This document shows positions 8,061-17,349 of a stretch of 38,727 nt of DNA, piece after piece. The DNA comes from a virus: UHGV virus genome UHGV-2005300; one strand, given 5' to 3'. The notes beneath the pieces were generated by a model. The model was not told the origin of the DNA. It searched no databases and saw only the letters and a program-made list of their open reading frames with translations. Both the position numbers and the translations under genes were made by a program. Every line of letters begins with the position of its first letter. Position 1 is the stretch's first letter.

Positions 8061-8714
8061 TTAACTAAATGTCTCTTCAGGCCACTGGCTGGCGATAACT
8101 TTCCCTACTACGGAACAGCTATCATTGCATGGAATCATTGGATATTGCGGGTTTAGTGGCTGTAGGAACACCTGACCGCTATCCCTGATCAGTTTCTTGA
8201 AGGTAAACTCGTCACCACCAAGTCTGGCTATGCAGAAATCACCTGGCTCAACAGCCTGCTCAGGGTCAACGAGAATTAACATCCCGTCAGGAAAGCTTGG
8301 CTTGGATCCTGTTGGCGCGGTCATGGAATTACCTTCAACTTCAAGCCAGAACGCACAATCACTGGCTTTTTTGGTTGTGCTGACCCATCTCTCCGCATCA
8401 CCTTTGGTAAAGGTTCTAAGCTCAGGCGAGAACATCCCGGCCTGAACATGAGAAAAAACAGGGTACTCATATTGTTTTTTAACGGGGGCAGATGAGTATT
8501 CGCCAACAGGTGAAAATGTACCGTCGTGGTTGAATGAGACGTTATCAATACCAAGGTATTTAAACACCACACCAATCTCGTCAAGAGATGGATGACGAGA
8601 TCCGCGCAACCAGTGACCAATTCCACCCTGCGTCATACCAAGCTCTTCAGCTAACTTCTCTTGAGTTATGCCGAGCTCTTTCATTCTGGATCTAGCCAGT
8701 TCATACCATTTCAT
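8061..8714 (-). CDS. cI: CI/C2-type prophage repressor (HTH plus S24 autopeptidase domain)
   Basis: C-terminal [13 protein letters not shown]...FKKL...LNPQYPMI matches P22 C2 / LexA-like domain; N-terminal [23 protein letters not shown]; start chosen for RBS spacing, alternatives at 8720 and 8762. Confidence 0.85.
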   Translation of the reverse strand: MKWYELARSRMKELGITQEKLAEELGMTQGGIGHWLRGSRHPSLDEIGVVFKYLGIDNVSFNHDGTFSPVGEYSSAPVKKQYEYPVFSHVQAGMFSPELRTFTKGDAERWVSTTKKASDCAFWLEVEGNSMTAPTGSKPSFPDGMLILVDPEQAVEPGDFCIARLGGDEFTFKKLIRDSGQVFLQPLNPQYPMIPCNDSCSVVGKVIASQWPEETFS

Positions 8715-8775
8715 TTTCATACCCTTATTATTACGCTCTGTACTAAAACCATCCATGCACAAGATGTATTTTTTG

Positions 8776-8805
8776 TTTGCATTCTAAAAGTACATATCGT
8801 ATTAT
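8776..8805 (+). promoter_or_regulatory. Candidate pR (-35 TTTGCA, -10 TATTAT)
   Basis: About 27 nt upstream of the cro ATG; 18-bp spacer; operators not confidently resolved. Confidence 0.4.
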
Positions 8806-8831
8806 TGTTTCATGGTTACTATGGAGGGCAT

Positions 8832-9047
8832 ATGAGCAACCTACGAAAATATCGAGAGTCACTGAATATCTCTCAAACAACACTTGCTAAGGCAGTTGGA
8901 TGCACACAGGGAGCTATCGGACATTGGGAATCTGGTCGTCGCTTCCCAGACCTTAAAACATGCCGTGCTCTTGTTGAGTGCCTAAACAAGTTGGGCGCAA
9001 AAGTCAGTCTTGATGACGTGTTCCCGCCGGAACACAAAGCCGCTTAA
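8832..9047 (+). CDS. cro: Cro-type HTH repressor (71 aa)
   Basis: GGAGGG ribosome-binding site; HTH LNISQTTLAKAVGCTQGAIGHWESG; divergent from cI; ORF-track ORF trimmed to the RBS-supported ATG. Confidence 0.8.
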   Translation: MSNLRKYRESLNISQTTLAKAVGCTQGAIGHWESGRRFPDLKTCRALVECLNKLGAKVSLDDVFPPEHKAA

Positions 9048-9055
9048 GACATTCC

Positions 9056-9087
9056 CGCTCTTACACATCCCAGCCCTGAAAAAGGGC
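9056..9087 (+). promoter_or_regulatory. nutR (boxA CGCTCTTAC, boxB GCCCTGAAAAAGGGC)
   Basis: Exact lambda-type boxA and boxB just after the cro stop. Confidence 0.8.
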
Positions 9088-9150
9088 ATCAAATTAAACC
9101 ACACCTATGGTGTATGCATTTATTTGCATACATTCAATCAATTGTTATCT
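9088..9150 (+). terminator. tR1-like region (Rho-dependent in lambda)
   Basis: Sequence ATCAAATTAAACCACACCTATGGTGTATGCATTTATTTGCATACATTC matches lambda tR1 from memory. Confidence 0.35.
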
Positions 9151-9166
9151 AAGGAAATACTTACAT

Positions 9167-9460
9167 ATGGTTCGTGCAAACAAACGCAACGAGGCTCTAC
9201 GAATCGAGAGTGCGTTGCTTAACAAAATCGCAATGCTTGGAACTGAGAAGACAGCGGAAGCTGTGGGAGTTGATAAGTCGCAGATCAGCAGGTGGAAGAG
9301 GGACTGGATTCCAAAGTTCTCAATGCTGCTTGCTGTTCTTGAATGGGGCGTCGTTGACGACGACATGGCTCGATTGGCACGACAAGTTGCTTCGATTCTC
9401 ACCAATAAAAAACGCCCGGCGGCAACCGAGCGTTCTGATCAAATCCAGATGGAGTTCTGA
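9167..9460 (+). CDS. cII: Transcriptional activator CII
   Basis: 97 aa [47 protein letters not shown]... essentially lambda CII from memory. Confidence 0.9.
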   Translation: MVRANKRNEALRIESALLNKIAMLGTEKTAEAVGVDKSQISRWKRDWIPKFSMLLAVLEWGVVDDDMARLARQVASILTNKKRPAATERSDQIQMEF

Positions 9461-9492
9461 GGTCATTACTGGATCTATCAACAGGAGTAATT

Positions 9493-9637
9493 ATGACAAA
9501 ACAACTCAGTCCTTACCAGGACAAAATTCACAAACACATACTACGTGATCGCTTCCTGTCCAGCTTCAAGCAGCCTGGTCGATTCCGGGCTGAGTTGGAA
9601 AAAGTGAAGCTGATGCAGAAGGAGAAAGGTCATGAGT
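9493..9637 (+). CDS. Hypothetical small protein (48 aa) between cII and O
   Basis: AGGAG ribosome-binding site 5 nt upstream; stop overlaps the O start; under the ORF-track cutoff. Confidence 0.4.
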
Positions 9638-10492
9638 AATCTTGCAACCGTAACACATTTAAGGCCTTCACAACGGCCTGTGGAGCGTCGTGTGGCAGAA
9701 GTTGAAGATGGTTATACCCGTCTTGCAAATGCCCTGTATGAAGAGCTTATCGGCGCAGATTTAACGAAAAATCAGAGCAAGGTTGCCCACGCCATATGCC
9801 GTAAAACATACGGCTACGGTAAAAAGATGGATCGCATCTCTGATAGTCAGTTAGCTCAAATTACCAGGCTGCCAAGACAGAAGGTAAACAAGGCCAAGAA
9901 TGAGCTTATCGCGATGAAGGTAATCCTTCGCGAAGGCCAGCAAATCGGGCCTAACAAGAACATCGAGGAATGGCAAATCGAAGGGTGTCACTACTCTGGT
10001 GATAATGTCACTGCATTGGTGACAAAAAGTGTCACCAAAACGGTGACAGCGCTGTCACCAAAACAGGGACACACAAAAGAAACTATTACAAAAGAAAAAA
10101 GAAATAATAAAAACACTATGTCCGAAAGTGTTCGGACGGAGTGTGAAAAATCATCTGACCGTCACGAAGAAACCGACAAGGCATTCGAGGAAATATTCTG
10201 GTGTGCAGGCATGCGGAAAGCCGGGAAGAAAAACGCAGCTTCAGCATTCAGAACACAGTTCAGGGAATGGCGTAAAACTACCAAGGGTACGGCAAGCGAG
10301 TTTGCCACGATGCTGGCAGAAGACATCGCATGCAGGAATGGTAAGCAGTTCGGATTCGACAGGTTGTTACCATCGAGCTACCTGAACGGTCAGCGCTGGA
10401 ACGACGAGAAGCCAGAAACTATTCAACCACAATCCAAACCATCATCCGCAATCACCGTATCGAAAACTGGCTACGTGTTTTTCGACAGGTGA
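9632..10492 (+). CDS. O: Replication initiator O (lambda-O-like N-terminal domain, different C-terminal domain)
   Basis: N-terminal segments [13 protein letters not shown] and [20 protein letters not shown]...[16 protein letters not shown] parallel lambda O; iterons inside the gene. Confidence 0.85.
   Translation: MSNLATVTHLRPSQRPVERRVAEVEDGYTRLANALYEELIGADLTKNQSKVAHAICRKTYGYGKKMDRISDSQLAQITRLPRQKVNKAKNELIAMKVILREGQQIGPNKNIEEWQIEGCHYSGDNVTALVTKSVTKTVTALSPKQGHTKETITKEKRNNKNTMSESVRTECEKSSDRHEETDKAFEEIFWCAGMRKAGKKNAASAFRTQFREWRKTTKGTASEFATMLAEDIACRNGKQFGFDRLLPSSYLNGQRWNDEKPETIQPQSKPSSAITVSKTGYVFFDR
9980..10115. repeat. Replication origin: GTGACA/TGTCAC iterons followed by an AT-rich tract
   Basis: Repeated TGGTGACA / TGTCACCA units at about 9984-10066, then an A-rich stretch to about 10115, inside O as in lambda ori. 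Confidence 0.6.
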
Positions 10493-10495
10493 ACC

Positions 10496-10603
10496 ATGAA
10501 ATCAAAAATCAAATCGCTACTGGTCGCTGGTTATAACCACGGCTGGTTAAGTATTTCGTTTGTCGATTTCTGGTTTAAAAATCTCAATCTGAGGGAATCA
10601 TGA
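10496..10603 (+). CDS. Hypothetical small protein (35 aa) coupled between O and the helicase
   Basis: Starts 4 nt after the O stop; its stop overlaps the next ATG (ATGA); under the ORF-track cutoff. Confidence 0.3.
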   Translation: MKSKIKSLLVAGYNHGWLSISFVDFWFKNLNLRES

Positions 10604-12480
10604 CGCCAAGTGAACTCAGTGACCTGCTTTGGGCGCAGGTTGACAGGGTGGCTCCGCACCTGTTGCCAAACGGCAAGAAAGAGGGGCATGAGTGGGTTGC
10701 CGGTAACGTCAACGGTGACAAGGGAAACAGCCTTAAGGTCAACCTTAGCGGCAAGAAAAAATGGGCTGATTTCGCTGAGGGAGACGGCGGTGACATGCTT
10801 GATTTGTGGATGGCATGTCGTGGAATTAACCTGCATCAGGCTATGCAGGAAGCGAAAGCCTTTCTCGGAATCAAGGATGACGATCACCATTTCGATGCCA
10901 AACGTGAGAAGAAATTCTCCAGACCTGACCGCAAGAAAATCGCCCGCTACGTTACCAGAACAGAATCCCATCTTGAGTACCTGCAATCGCGTGGCATATC
11001 GCCAGAAGTCGTAAAGCGCTACGAGGTTGTCAGCGGCAAGGTGTGGAATGGAGAACGAGAACTTGATGCACTGGTGCTTCCGTACAAGCGCGATGGTGAG
11101 TTGTTGCAGGTCAAGCGAATCAGCACTGAGCGCCCGGACGGGAAGAAAGTCATTATGGCAGAAGGTGATTGCGAACCTTGTCTGTTCGGATGGCAGGCTC
11201 TGGACGCTGGCGTGAGGGCGGTTGTACTTTGCGAAGGCGAAATTGATTGTATGAGCTATGCGCAATACGGCATCTCGGCGTTATCCGTGCCGTTTGGTGG
11301 CGGGAAAGGCGCTAAGCAACAGTGGATTGAGTTTGAGTATCACAACCTCGACAGGTTTGAGGAAATATTCATCTCGATGGACGTTGATGATGTTGGTCGT
11401 GAGGCCGCAAGGGAAATCGCAAGCCGACTCGGTGAACATCGTTGCCGTCTTGTTACTCTGCCGTACAAAGACATCAACGAATGCCTGATGAACGGTGTTA
11501 CCGAGGATGAAATCTGGCAGTACATCGGCACGGCATCCTACTTCGACCCTGAAGAACTCTACAGCGCGCGAGAGTTTTACCAGGACACTATCAACGCTTT
11601 CTACGGCAAGCAGCAGTATCTGTTTAATCCACCGTGGGAATCTCTGGCAGATAAATTCCAGTTCCGTGAGGCCGAGTTGACGCTGGTCAATGGTGTGAAC
11701 GGTCACGGAAAAACGGAGGTTGTCGGGCATATGGCACTTGAGGCAATGCGTCAGGGTGTGAAGACGTGCATCGCGTCACTTGAGCTGAAGCCTGGTATTC
11801 TCCTTAAGCGCCTTACCCGTCAGGCGACGTGCTGCAAGATGCCGCCAGTGCTGGAAATTGACTCTGCATTTAAATTTTATGACGAAAGACTTTGGGTGTT
11901 TGGCCTGACCGGAACGGCGAAAGCCGACAGGCTGATCGAAATATTCGACTACGCTCGCCGCCGATACGGGATCCAGTTATTCATCATCGACAGCCTGATG
12001 AAATGTGGCATAGGCGACGATGACTATAACGGGCAGAAGGCGTTTGTTGACTCGATTTGCGACTTCAAAAACAAAACAAACTCCCACGTCATTCTCGTTA
12101 CTCACTCGCGAAAAGGAGACAGCGAAGAAAAACCAACCGGGAAAATGGACGTAAAAGGCTCTGGAGCGATAACAGACCTGACAGACAACCTTTTCATCAT
12201 CTGGCGTAACAAGGCTCGCGAGAGAGCGTTACAGAGAGTTCAGAGTGGTGAAAAGATGTCAGAGAAGGACGAACAGCTACTGGCATCTCCGGCATCTGTT
12301 TTGATGCTTGAAAAACAACGTAACGGCGAAGGTTGGGAGGGTGGTGTCCCGTTGTTCCTTGACGAGCAATCGCACCAGTTCCTGCAACTTGAATCAGGAT
12401 CGCCATATAGCTACATCGCCAATATGCCGAAATCGGAATATGACGAGGCGTGGCGACAGGAAAACGTGACGGAGTATTAA
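10600..12480 (+). CDS. Replicative primase/helicase fusion (primase-like N-terminus plus DnaB/RecA-fold helicase)
   Basis: 626 aa; Walker A GVNGHGKT and Walker B-like LFIIDSL in the C-terminal half; occupies the lambda P position. Confidence 0.85.
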   Translation: MTPSELSDLLWAQVDRVAPHLLPNGKKEGHEWVAGNVNGDKGNSLKVNLSGKKKWADFAEGDGGDMLDLWMACRGINLHQAMQEAKAFLGIKDDDHHFDAKREKKFSRPDRKKIARYVTRTESHLEYLQSRGISPEVVKRYEVVSGKVWNGERELDALVLPYKRDGELLQVKRISTERPDGKKVIMAEGDCEPCLFGWQALDAGVRAVVLCEGEIDCMSYAQYGISALSVPFGGGKGAKQQWIEFEYHNLDRFEEIFISMDVDDVGREAAREIASRLGEHRCRLVTLPYKDINECLMNGVTEDEIWQYIGTASYFDPEELYSAREFYQDTINAFYGKQQYLFNPPWESLADKFQFREAELTLVNGVNGHGKTEVVGHMALEAMRQGVKTCIASLELKPGILLKRLTRQATCCKMPPVLEIDSAFKFYDERLWVFGLTGTAKADRLIEIFDYARRRYGIQLFIIDSLMKCGIGDDDYNGQKAFVDSICDFKNKTNSHVILVTHSRKGDSEEKPTGKMDVKGSGAITDLTDNLFIIWRNKARERALQRVQSGEKMSEKDEQLLASPASVLMLEKQRNGEGWEGGVPLFLDEQSHQFLQLESGSPYSYIANMPKSEYDEAWRQENVTEY

Positions 12481-12509
12481 ATGACCATCTACATCACTGA
12501 GCTAATAAC

Positions 12510-12540
12510 AGGCCTGCTGGTAATCGCAGGCCTTTTTATT
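12510..12540 (+). terminator. Intrinsic terminator after the replication genes (tR2-like)
   Basis: AGGCCTGC-tggtaatc-GCAGGCCT followed by TTTTATT. Confidence 0.55.
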
Positions 12541-12557
12541 TGGGGGAGAGGGAAGTC

Positions 12558-12998
12558 ATGAAAAAACTAACCTTTGAAATTCGATCTCCAGCACATCAGC
12601 AAAACGCTATTCACGCAGTACAGCAAATTCTTCCAGACCCAACCAAACCAATCGTAGTGACCATCCAGGAACGCAACCGCAGCTTAGACCAAAACAGGAA
12701 GCTATGGGCCTGCTTAGGTGACGTCTCTCGTCAGGTTGAATGGCATGGTCGCTGGCTGGATGCAGAAAGCTGGAAGTGTGTGTTTACCGCAGCATTAAAG
12801 CAGCAGGATGTTGTTCCTAACCTTGCCGGGAATGGCTTTGTGGTAATAGGCCAGTCAACCAGCAGGATGCGTGTAAGCGAATTTGCGGAGCTATTAGAGC
12901 TTATACAGGCATTCGGTACAGAGCGTGGCGTTAAGTGGTCAGACGAAGCGCGACTGGCTCTGGAGTGGAAAGCGAGATGGGGAGATCGGGCAGCATGA
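12558..12998 (+). CDS. ninB: NinB (Orf-family recombination mediator)
   Basis: [53 protein letters not shown]... as lambda NinB from memory. Confidence 0.85.
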   Translation: MKKLTFEIRSPAHQQNAIHAVQQILPDPTKPIVVTIQERNRSLDQNRKLWACLGDVSRQVEWHGRWLDAESWKCVFTAALKQQDVVPNLAGNGFVVIGQSTSRMRVSEFAELLELIQAFGTERGVKWSDEARLALEWKARWGDRAA

Positions 12999-13168
12999 TG
13001 CGATGTTATCGGTGCGGTGAATGCAAAGAAGATAACCGCTTCCGACCAAATCAACCTTACTGGAATCGATGGTGTCTCCGGTGTGAAAGAACACCAATAT
13101 GGGTGTTACCACTACCGCAGGAAAAGGAGGACGTGTGGCGAGACAGCGACGAAGTATCACCGACATAA
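12995..13168 (+). CDS. ninD: NinD-like zinc-ribbon protein (57 aa)
   Basis: [16 protein letters not shown]...CLRCE; ATG overlaps the ninB stop. Confidence 0.7.
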
Positions 13169-13311
13169 TCTGTGAAAACTGCAAATACCTTCCAACGAAA
13201 CGCTCCAGAAACAAACGCAAGCCAATCCCAAAAGAATCTGACGTAAAAACCTTCAACTACACGGCTCACCTGTGGGATATCCGGTGGCTAAGACATCGTG
13301 CGAGGAAATGA
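13135..13311 (+). CDS. ninE: NinE-like protein (58 aa, GTG start)
   Basis: (V)[50 protein letters not shown] matches lambda NinE from memory; AAGGAGG 5 nt before the GTG. Confidence 0.6.
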
Positions 13312-13715
13312 CAATGCTTTTAATTCAACCTGGATTTGGCCTTAGCATCAAAAAAGGGCACATGTTTGGCGAGAAAGAGTCTCAACGAAAAATGGTGTCG
13401 ATACAGTTGCCATTTATCAGTATTTATTGGCTAAACAGGGAGGCAACAAATTATTGGTATACATGCGCCAGAGCAGCATTTAACGACCCTGACTGGTTTG
13501 TGAATAACCACCACGCAGTTCGTCAGGCAAAGAGAAAGGCCAATACGACATACATGAAGGCGTATCGAAAAGCATGGAAAGAACACCGCGATCGATACCA
13601 GCAAGACATGGAAAAGCTTGAATCAGAAAACATGGAATTAAGACGAAAGCTTGGTGAAGCAAAACGAGACATTGATGCTTACAAGCGACTTTTTAATGGT
13701 GAAAGCCATGCTTAG
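13308..13715 (+). CDS. Hypothetical nin-region protein (135 aa)
   Basis: ATG overlaps the ninE stop; basic C-terminal coiled coil; not a lambda nin product that I recognise. Confidence 0.6.
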
Positions 13716-13884
13716 TCCATCCCAATCTCTTCAATACCAGAAAGAAAGCGTCGAGCGGGCTTTAACGTGCGCTAACTGCGGTCAGAAGCTGCATGTGCTG
13801 GAAGTTCACGTGTGCTCCGATTGCTGCGCAGAACTGATGAGCGATCCGAATAGCTCAATGTACGAGGAAGAAGACGATGAATGA
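13708..13884 (+). CDS. ninF: NinF-like protein (58 aa)
   Basis: [36 protein letters not shown]... matches lambda NinF from memory. Confidence 0.7.
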   Translation: MLSPSQSLQYQKESVERALTCANCGQKLHVLEVHVCSDCCAELMSDPNSSMYEEEDDE

Positions 13885-14599
13885 GTTAATAAATGGCAAT
13901 GCCATCAAAATGACAAGCATTGAAATCGCTGAGTTGGTGGGAAGTCGTCATGACAAGGTGAAACAATCTATTGAACGACTGGCGGCTCGAGGTGTGATCC
14001 GAAATCCCCCAATGGTGGTTTTCGAAAAAATCAATAACTTAGGATTACTTCGTGGCGTAGAGGCTTACGTTTTTGAGGGAGAACAAGGTAAGCGCGACAG
14101 CATTATTGTCGTCGCTCAGTTGTCGCCGGAATTCACCGCTCGTCTTGTTGACCGTTGGCGAGAGCTTGAAGAAACTGCGGTTAATATTCCCAAAACGCTA
14201 CCAGAAGCGTTGCGCCTTGCTGCTGATCTTGCTGAGCAGAAAATGCAACTGGAAAACCAGCTCGCAATTGCCGCACCTAAAGTTGAGTTTGCCGATCGCG
14301 TTGGCGAGGCCAGCGGAATTTTGATCGGAAACTTTGCAAAGGTTGTTGGAATTGGTCCAAACAAACTGTTTGCGTGGATGCGCGATCACAAAATCCTTAT
14401 TGCTTCAGGTTCCCGGCGCAATGTGCCAATGCAGGAATATATGGATCGCGGCTATTTCACAGTGAAAGAAACAGCGGTCAACACAAATCACGGAATACAG
14501 ATATCGTTCACCACAAAAATCACCGGGCGTGGTCAACAGTGGCTGACCAGAAAGCTTCTCGATATCGGAATGCTGAAAGTAACCGGGGAGGCTGCTTAA
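13877..14599 (+). CDS. Phage antirepressor-like regulator (Rha/Bro-N-type N-terminus, antirepressor C-terminal domain)
   Basis: N-terminal MTSIEIAELVGSRHDKVKQSIERL typical of Rha/ORF6N proteins; 240 aa. Confidence 0.7.
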   Translation: MNELINGNAIKMTSIEIAELVGSRHDKVKQSIERLAARGVIRNPPMVVFEKINNLGLLRGVEAYVFEGEQGKRDSIIVVAQLSPEFTARLVDRWRELEETAVNIPKTLPEALRLAADLAEQKMQLENQLAIAAPKVEFADRVGEASGILIGNFAKVVGIGPNKLFAWMRDHKILIASGSRRNVPMQEYMDRGYFTVKETAVNTNHGIQISFTTKITGRGQQWLTRKLLDIGMLKVTGEAA

Positions 14600-14889
14600 T
14601 GGCTAACCTACGCAAAGAAGCACGCGGCAGAGAATGCCAGGTACGTATTTACGGCATATGCAATGGCAATCCTGAAACTACAGTTCTGGCACATTACCGG
14701 ATGGCTGGAATTTGCGGAACGGGAATGAAGCCTGACGACCTGATCGGCGCATGGGCTTGTAGCGCGTGTCACGATGAAATCGACCGACGCACCCATAATA
14801 TCGACAACAAAGACGCCAGACTTTACCACCTCGAAGGCGTGATCAGGACGCAGGCGATACTACTGAAGGAGGGAAAGATTAAGCCATGA
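14599..14889 (+). CDS. YbcO-like DUF1364 protein (putative nuclease, 96 aa)
   Basis: Cys/His-rich; sits immediately upstream of rusA as ybcO does in E. coli DLP12; GGGGAG ribosome-binding site. Confidence 0.7.
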   Translation: MANLRKEARGRECQVRIYGICNGNPETTVLAHYRMAGICGTGMKPDDLIGAWACSACHDEIDRRTHNIDNKDARLYHLEGVIRTQAILLKEGKIKP

Positions 14890-15248
14890 ACGAATATCAG
14901 TTTGTGCTTCCATACCCGCCGTCGGTGAATACCTACTGGCGAAGACGGGGAAGCCAATACTACATCAGCGATAAAGGCCAGAAATACCGAAAAGACGTTC
15001 AGCAAATCATCCACCAACTCAAGTTAGATATTTTCACCAAATCACGACTCCGCATCAAAGTCATCGCAGACGTTCCAGACTCCCGCCGCCGCGACCTCGA
15101 TAACATCCTGAAGGGTTTACTCGACTCCCTTATCCACGCCGGATTTGCGGAAGACGACGAGCAATTCGATGACATTCGCGTAATTCGTGGTGTGAAAGTA
15201 CCAGGCGGAAGGCTTGGAATAAAAATCACCGAACTGGAGAACGTATGA
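14886..15248 (+). CDS. rusA: Holliday junction resolvase RusA
   Basis: 120 aa with the RusA signature RRRDLDN and C-terminal GGRLGIKITE. Confidence 0.9.
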   Translation: MNEYQFVLPYPPSVNTYWRRRGSQYYISDKGQKYRKDVQQIIHQLKLDIFTKSRLRIKVIADVPDSRRRDLDNILKGLLDSLIHAGFAEDDEQFDDIRVIRGVKVPGGRLGIKITELENV

Positions 15249-15433
15249 ACGCCACAATTCAAACGATACCAGAGCTTCTTATCCAGACACGAGGCAATCA
15301 GACCGAAGTGGCGAGGATGCTTTCCTGCGCAAGAGGAACAGTGCTCAAGTACAACCGAGACAGCAAAGGCGAGCGTCACGTAATAGTTAACGGCGTCCTG
15401 ATGGTCAAACAGGGCAAGAGGGGAAGACGATGA
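15245..15433 (+). CDS. ninH: NinH-like protein (62 aa)
   Basis: GNQTEVARMLSCARGTVLKY matches the lambda NinH motif. Confidence 0.8.
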   Translation: MNATIQTIPELLIQTRGNQTEVARMLSCARGTVLKYNRDSKGERHVIVNGVLMVKQGKRGRR

Positions 15434-16053
15434 GACTCGAAAGCGTAGCTAAATTTCATTCGCCAAAAAGCCCGATGATGAGTGACTCACCACGGGCCAC
15501 GGCTTCTGACTCTCTTTCCGGTACTGATGTGATGGCTGCTATGGGGATGGCGCAATCACAAGCCGGATTCGGAATGGCTGCATTCTGTGGTAAGCACGAA
15601 CTCAGCCAGAATGACAAACAAAAGGCTATCAACTATCTGATGCAATTTGCACACAAGGTATCGGGGAAATACCGTGGTGTGGCAAAGCTCGAAGGAAATA
15701 CTAAGGCAAAGGTACTGCAAGTGCTCGCAACATTCGCTTATGCGGATTATTGCCGTAGTGCCGCGACGCCGGGCGCAAGATGCAGAGATTGCCACGGTAC
15801 TGGCCGGGCCGTTGATATTGCCAAAACAGAGCAGTGGGGGAGAGTTGTCGAGAAAGAGTGCGGAAGATGCAAAGGCGTCGGCTATTCTAGGATGCCAGCA
15901 AGCGCCGCATATCGCGCTGTAACGATGCTAATCCCCAACCTTACCCAACCCACCTGGTCACGCACTGTTAAGCCTCTGTATGACGCTCTGGTGGTGCAAT
16001 GCCACAAGGAAGAGTCAATCGCAGACAACATTTTGAACGCGGTCACACGTTAG
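15430..16053 (+). CDS. Q: Late antiterminator Q
   Basis: 207 aa MRLESVAKFHSPKSPMMSDSPRATASDSL... with zinc finger CRDCHGTGR...CGRCKG, essentially lambda Q. Confidence 0.9.
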   Translation: MRLESVAKFHSPKSPMMSDSPRATASDSLSGTDVMAAMGMAQSQAGFGMAAFCGKHELSQNDKQKAINYLMQFAHKVSGKYRGVAKLEGNTKAKVLQVLATFAYADYCRSAATPGARCRDCHGTGRAVDIAKTEQWGRVVEKECGRCKGVGYSRMPASAAYRAVTMLIPNLTQPTWSRTVKPLYDALVVQCHKEESIADNILNAVTR

Positions 16054-16095
16054 CAGCATGATTGCCACGGATGGCAACATATTAACGGCATGATA

Positions 16096-16124
16096 TTGAC
16101 TTTTTGAATAAAGTTGGGTAAATT
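16096..16124 (+). promoter_or_regulatory. Late promoter pR' (-35 TTGACT, -10 TAAATT) with the qut region
   Basis: 17-bp spacer; sequence context matches lambda pR'/qut. Confidence 0.6.
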
Positions 16125-16130
16125 TGACCC

Positions 16131-16326
16131 AACGATGGGTTAATTCGCTCGTTGTGGTAGTGAGATAAAAAGAGGCGGCGATTACTACCGATTCCGCCTA
16201 GTTGGTCACTTCGACGTATCGTCTGGAACTCCAACCATTGCAGGCTGAGAGGTCTGCAAAATGCAATCCCGAAACAGTTCGCAGGTAATAGTTAGAGCCT
16301 GCATAACGGTTTCGGGATTTTTTATA
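16131..16326 (+). ncRNA. pR'-to-tR' leader transcript (homolog of lambda 6S RNA)
   Basis: Runs from the inferred start after pR' to the tR' hairpin; no ORF expected. Confidence 0.4.
16265..16326 (+). terminator. tR' intrinsic terminator
   Basis: 11-bp stem AATCCCGAAAC / GTTTCGGGATT with an internal structured loop, followed by TTTTTTAT. Confidence 0.7.
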
Positions 16327-16328
16327 TC

Positions 16329-16660
16329 TGTGCAACAGGTAAGAGCATTCTCCCTTATGGGGCTTGGCTTAAATGCACCGAGTGCTCTTATCGTTGTGGC
16401 AGCACAACGATAGTTTTCGTCAGAGTTGGCGACTTTGCGGTTTTTTAGAAACTGACCACAAAGATAAATGCAAACGATGATGTTGTTCTGATGGCGGCGT
16501 AATAGCCTGTAAGTCAGCAAGGTCTTCCGACTCCTTGTAAACAAATTCGGCGCACTGGCCCGGTGTGATTAATAATGGGCACACAACAGGTAAGAGCATT
16601 GAACCCGCAGACCTCGCGGAATTGGTGAAAGGTGCCGCGCAGTGCTCTTATCGTTGTGGT
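16329..16660 (+). repeat. Two copies of a structured element closed by GGTAAGAGCA...TGCTCTTATC stems
   Basis: Shared flanks ACAACAGGTAAGAGCATT and AGTGCTCTTATCGTTGTGG at 16333-16400 and 16575-16660, with different interiors. Confidence 0.4.
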
Positions 16661-17025
16661 GAAGCTCAATGGCGAGCTAGCAGATAGGCGACAGTGAAAA
16701 TACTAGTCATGTAGCTGACCGCCGCGCGTACTGCAATCGGCAGCGCACCGATGGAAGCCGGTTCGATTCCGGCCGCCACAACCCAAACTGATCCGTAGCC
16801 ACTGGCTATCCTGAATTCATCAGTGATAGTTACGCTGCGGCCTTCTACACATGACCTCGTGAAAGCGGGTGGCAAGAGGTTGCGCTAACAACCTCCTGCC
16901 GTTTTGCCCGTGCATATCGGTCACGAACAAATCTGATTACTAAACACAGTAGCCTGGATTTGTTCTATCAGTAATCGACCTTATTCCTAATTAAATAGAG
17001 CAAATCCCCTTATTGGGGGTAAGAC

Positions 17026-17349
17026 ATGAAGATGCCAGAAAAACATGACCTGTTAGCCGCTATTCTCGCGGCAAAGGAACAAGGCATCGGGGCAATCCTT
17101 GCGTTTGCAATGGCGTACCTTCGCGGCAGATATAATGGCGGTGCGTTTACAAAAACAGTAATCGACGCAACGATGTGCGCCATTATCGCCTGGTTCATTC
17201 GTGACCTTCTCGACTTCGCCGGACTAAGTAGCAATCTCGCTTATATAACGAGCGTGTTTATCGGCTACATCGGTACTGACTCGATTGGTTCGCTTATCAA
17301 ACGCTTCGCTGCTAAAAAAGCCGGAGTAGAAGATGGTGGAAATCAATAA
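17026..17349 (+). CDS. S: Holin S (dual-start MKM motif)
   Basis: 107 aa [39 protein letters not shown]... essentially lambda S. Confidence 0.9.
   Translation: MKMPEKHDLLAAILAAKEQGIGAILAFAMAYLRGRYNGGAFTKTVIDATMCAIIAWFIRDLLDFAGLSSNLAYITSVFIGYIGTDSIGSLIKRFAAKKAGVEDGGNQ

Noticed and set aside
8762-8762. Upstream ATG at 8762 as the repressor start ([12 protein letters not shown]...)
   Set aside because: Would place 14 extra residues inside the operator/promoter region; the ATG at 8714 or 8720 gives a normal spacing before the HTH.
10531-11265. 244-aa minus-strand ORF
   Set aside because: Lies entirely antisense within the primase/helicase gene and has no protein-like features; the same applies to other antisense ORFs in the track inside the structural genes (for example 22261-22570, 23930-24211, 29223-29948).
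12481-12561. 26-codon hydrophobic ORF between the helicase and ninB
   Set aside because: Its coding sequence is the terminator hairpin itself (AGGCCTGC...GCAGGCCT); more likely the tR2-like terminator than a gene.
16206-16544. 112-aa minus-strand ORF
   Set aside because: Spans the tR' terminator and the structured repeat unit; this interval is noncoding in lambda.
16753-16780. Possible tRNA gene (T-arm-like GCCGG-TTCGATT-CCGGC)
   Set aside because: No 5' acceptor strand, D arm or anticodon arm could be paired within tRNA-length distance; kept only as a tRNA-like remnant in a finding.
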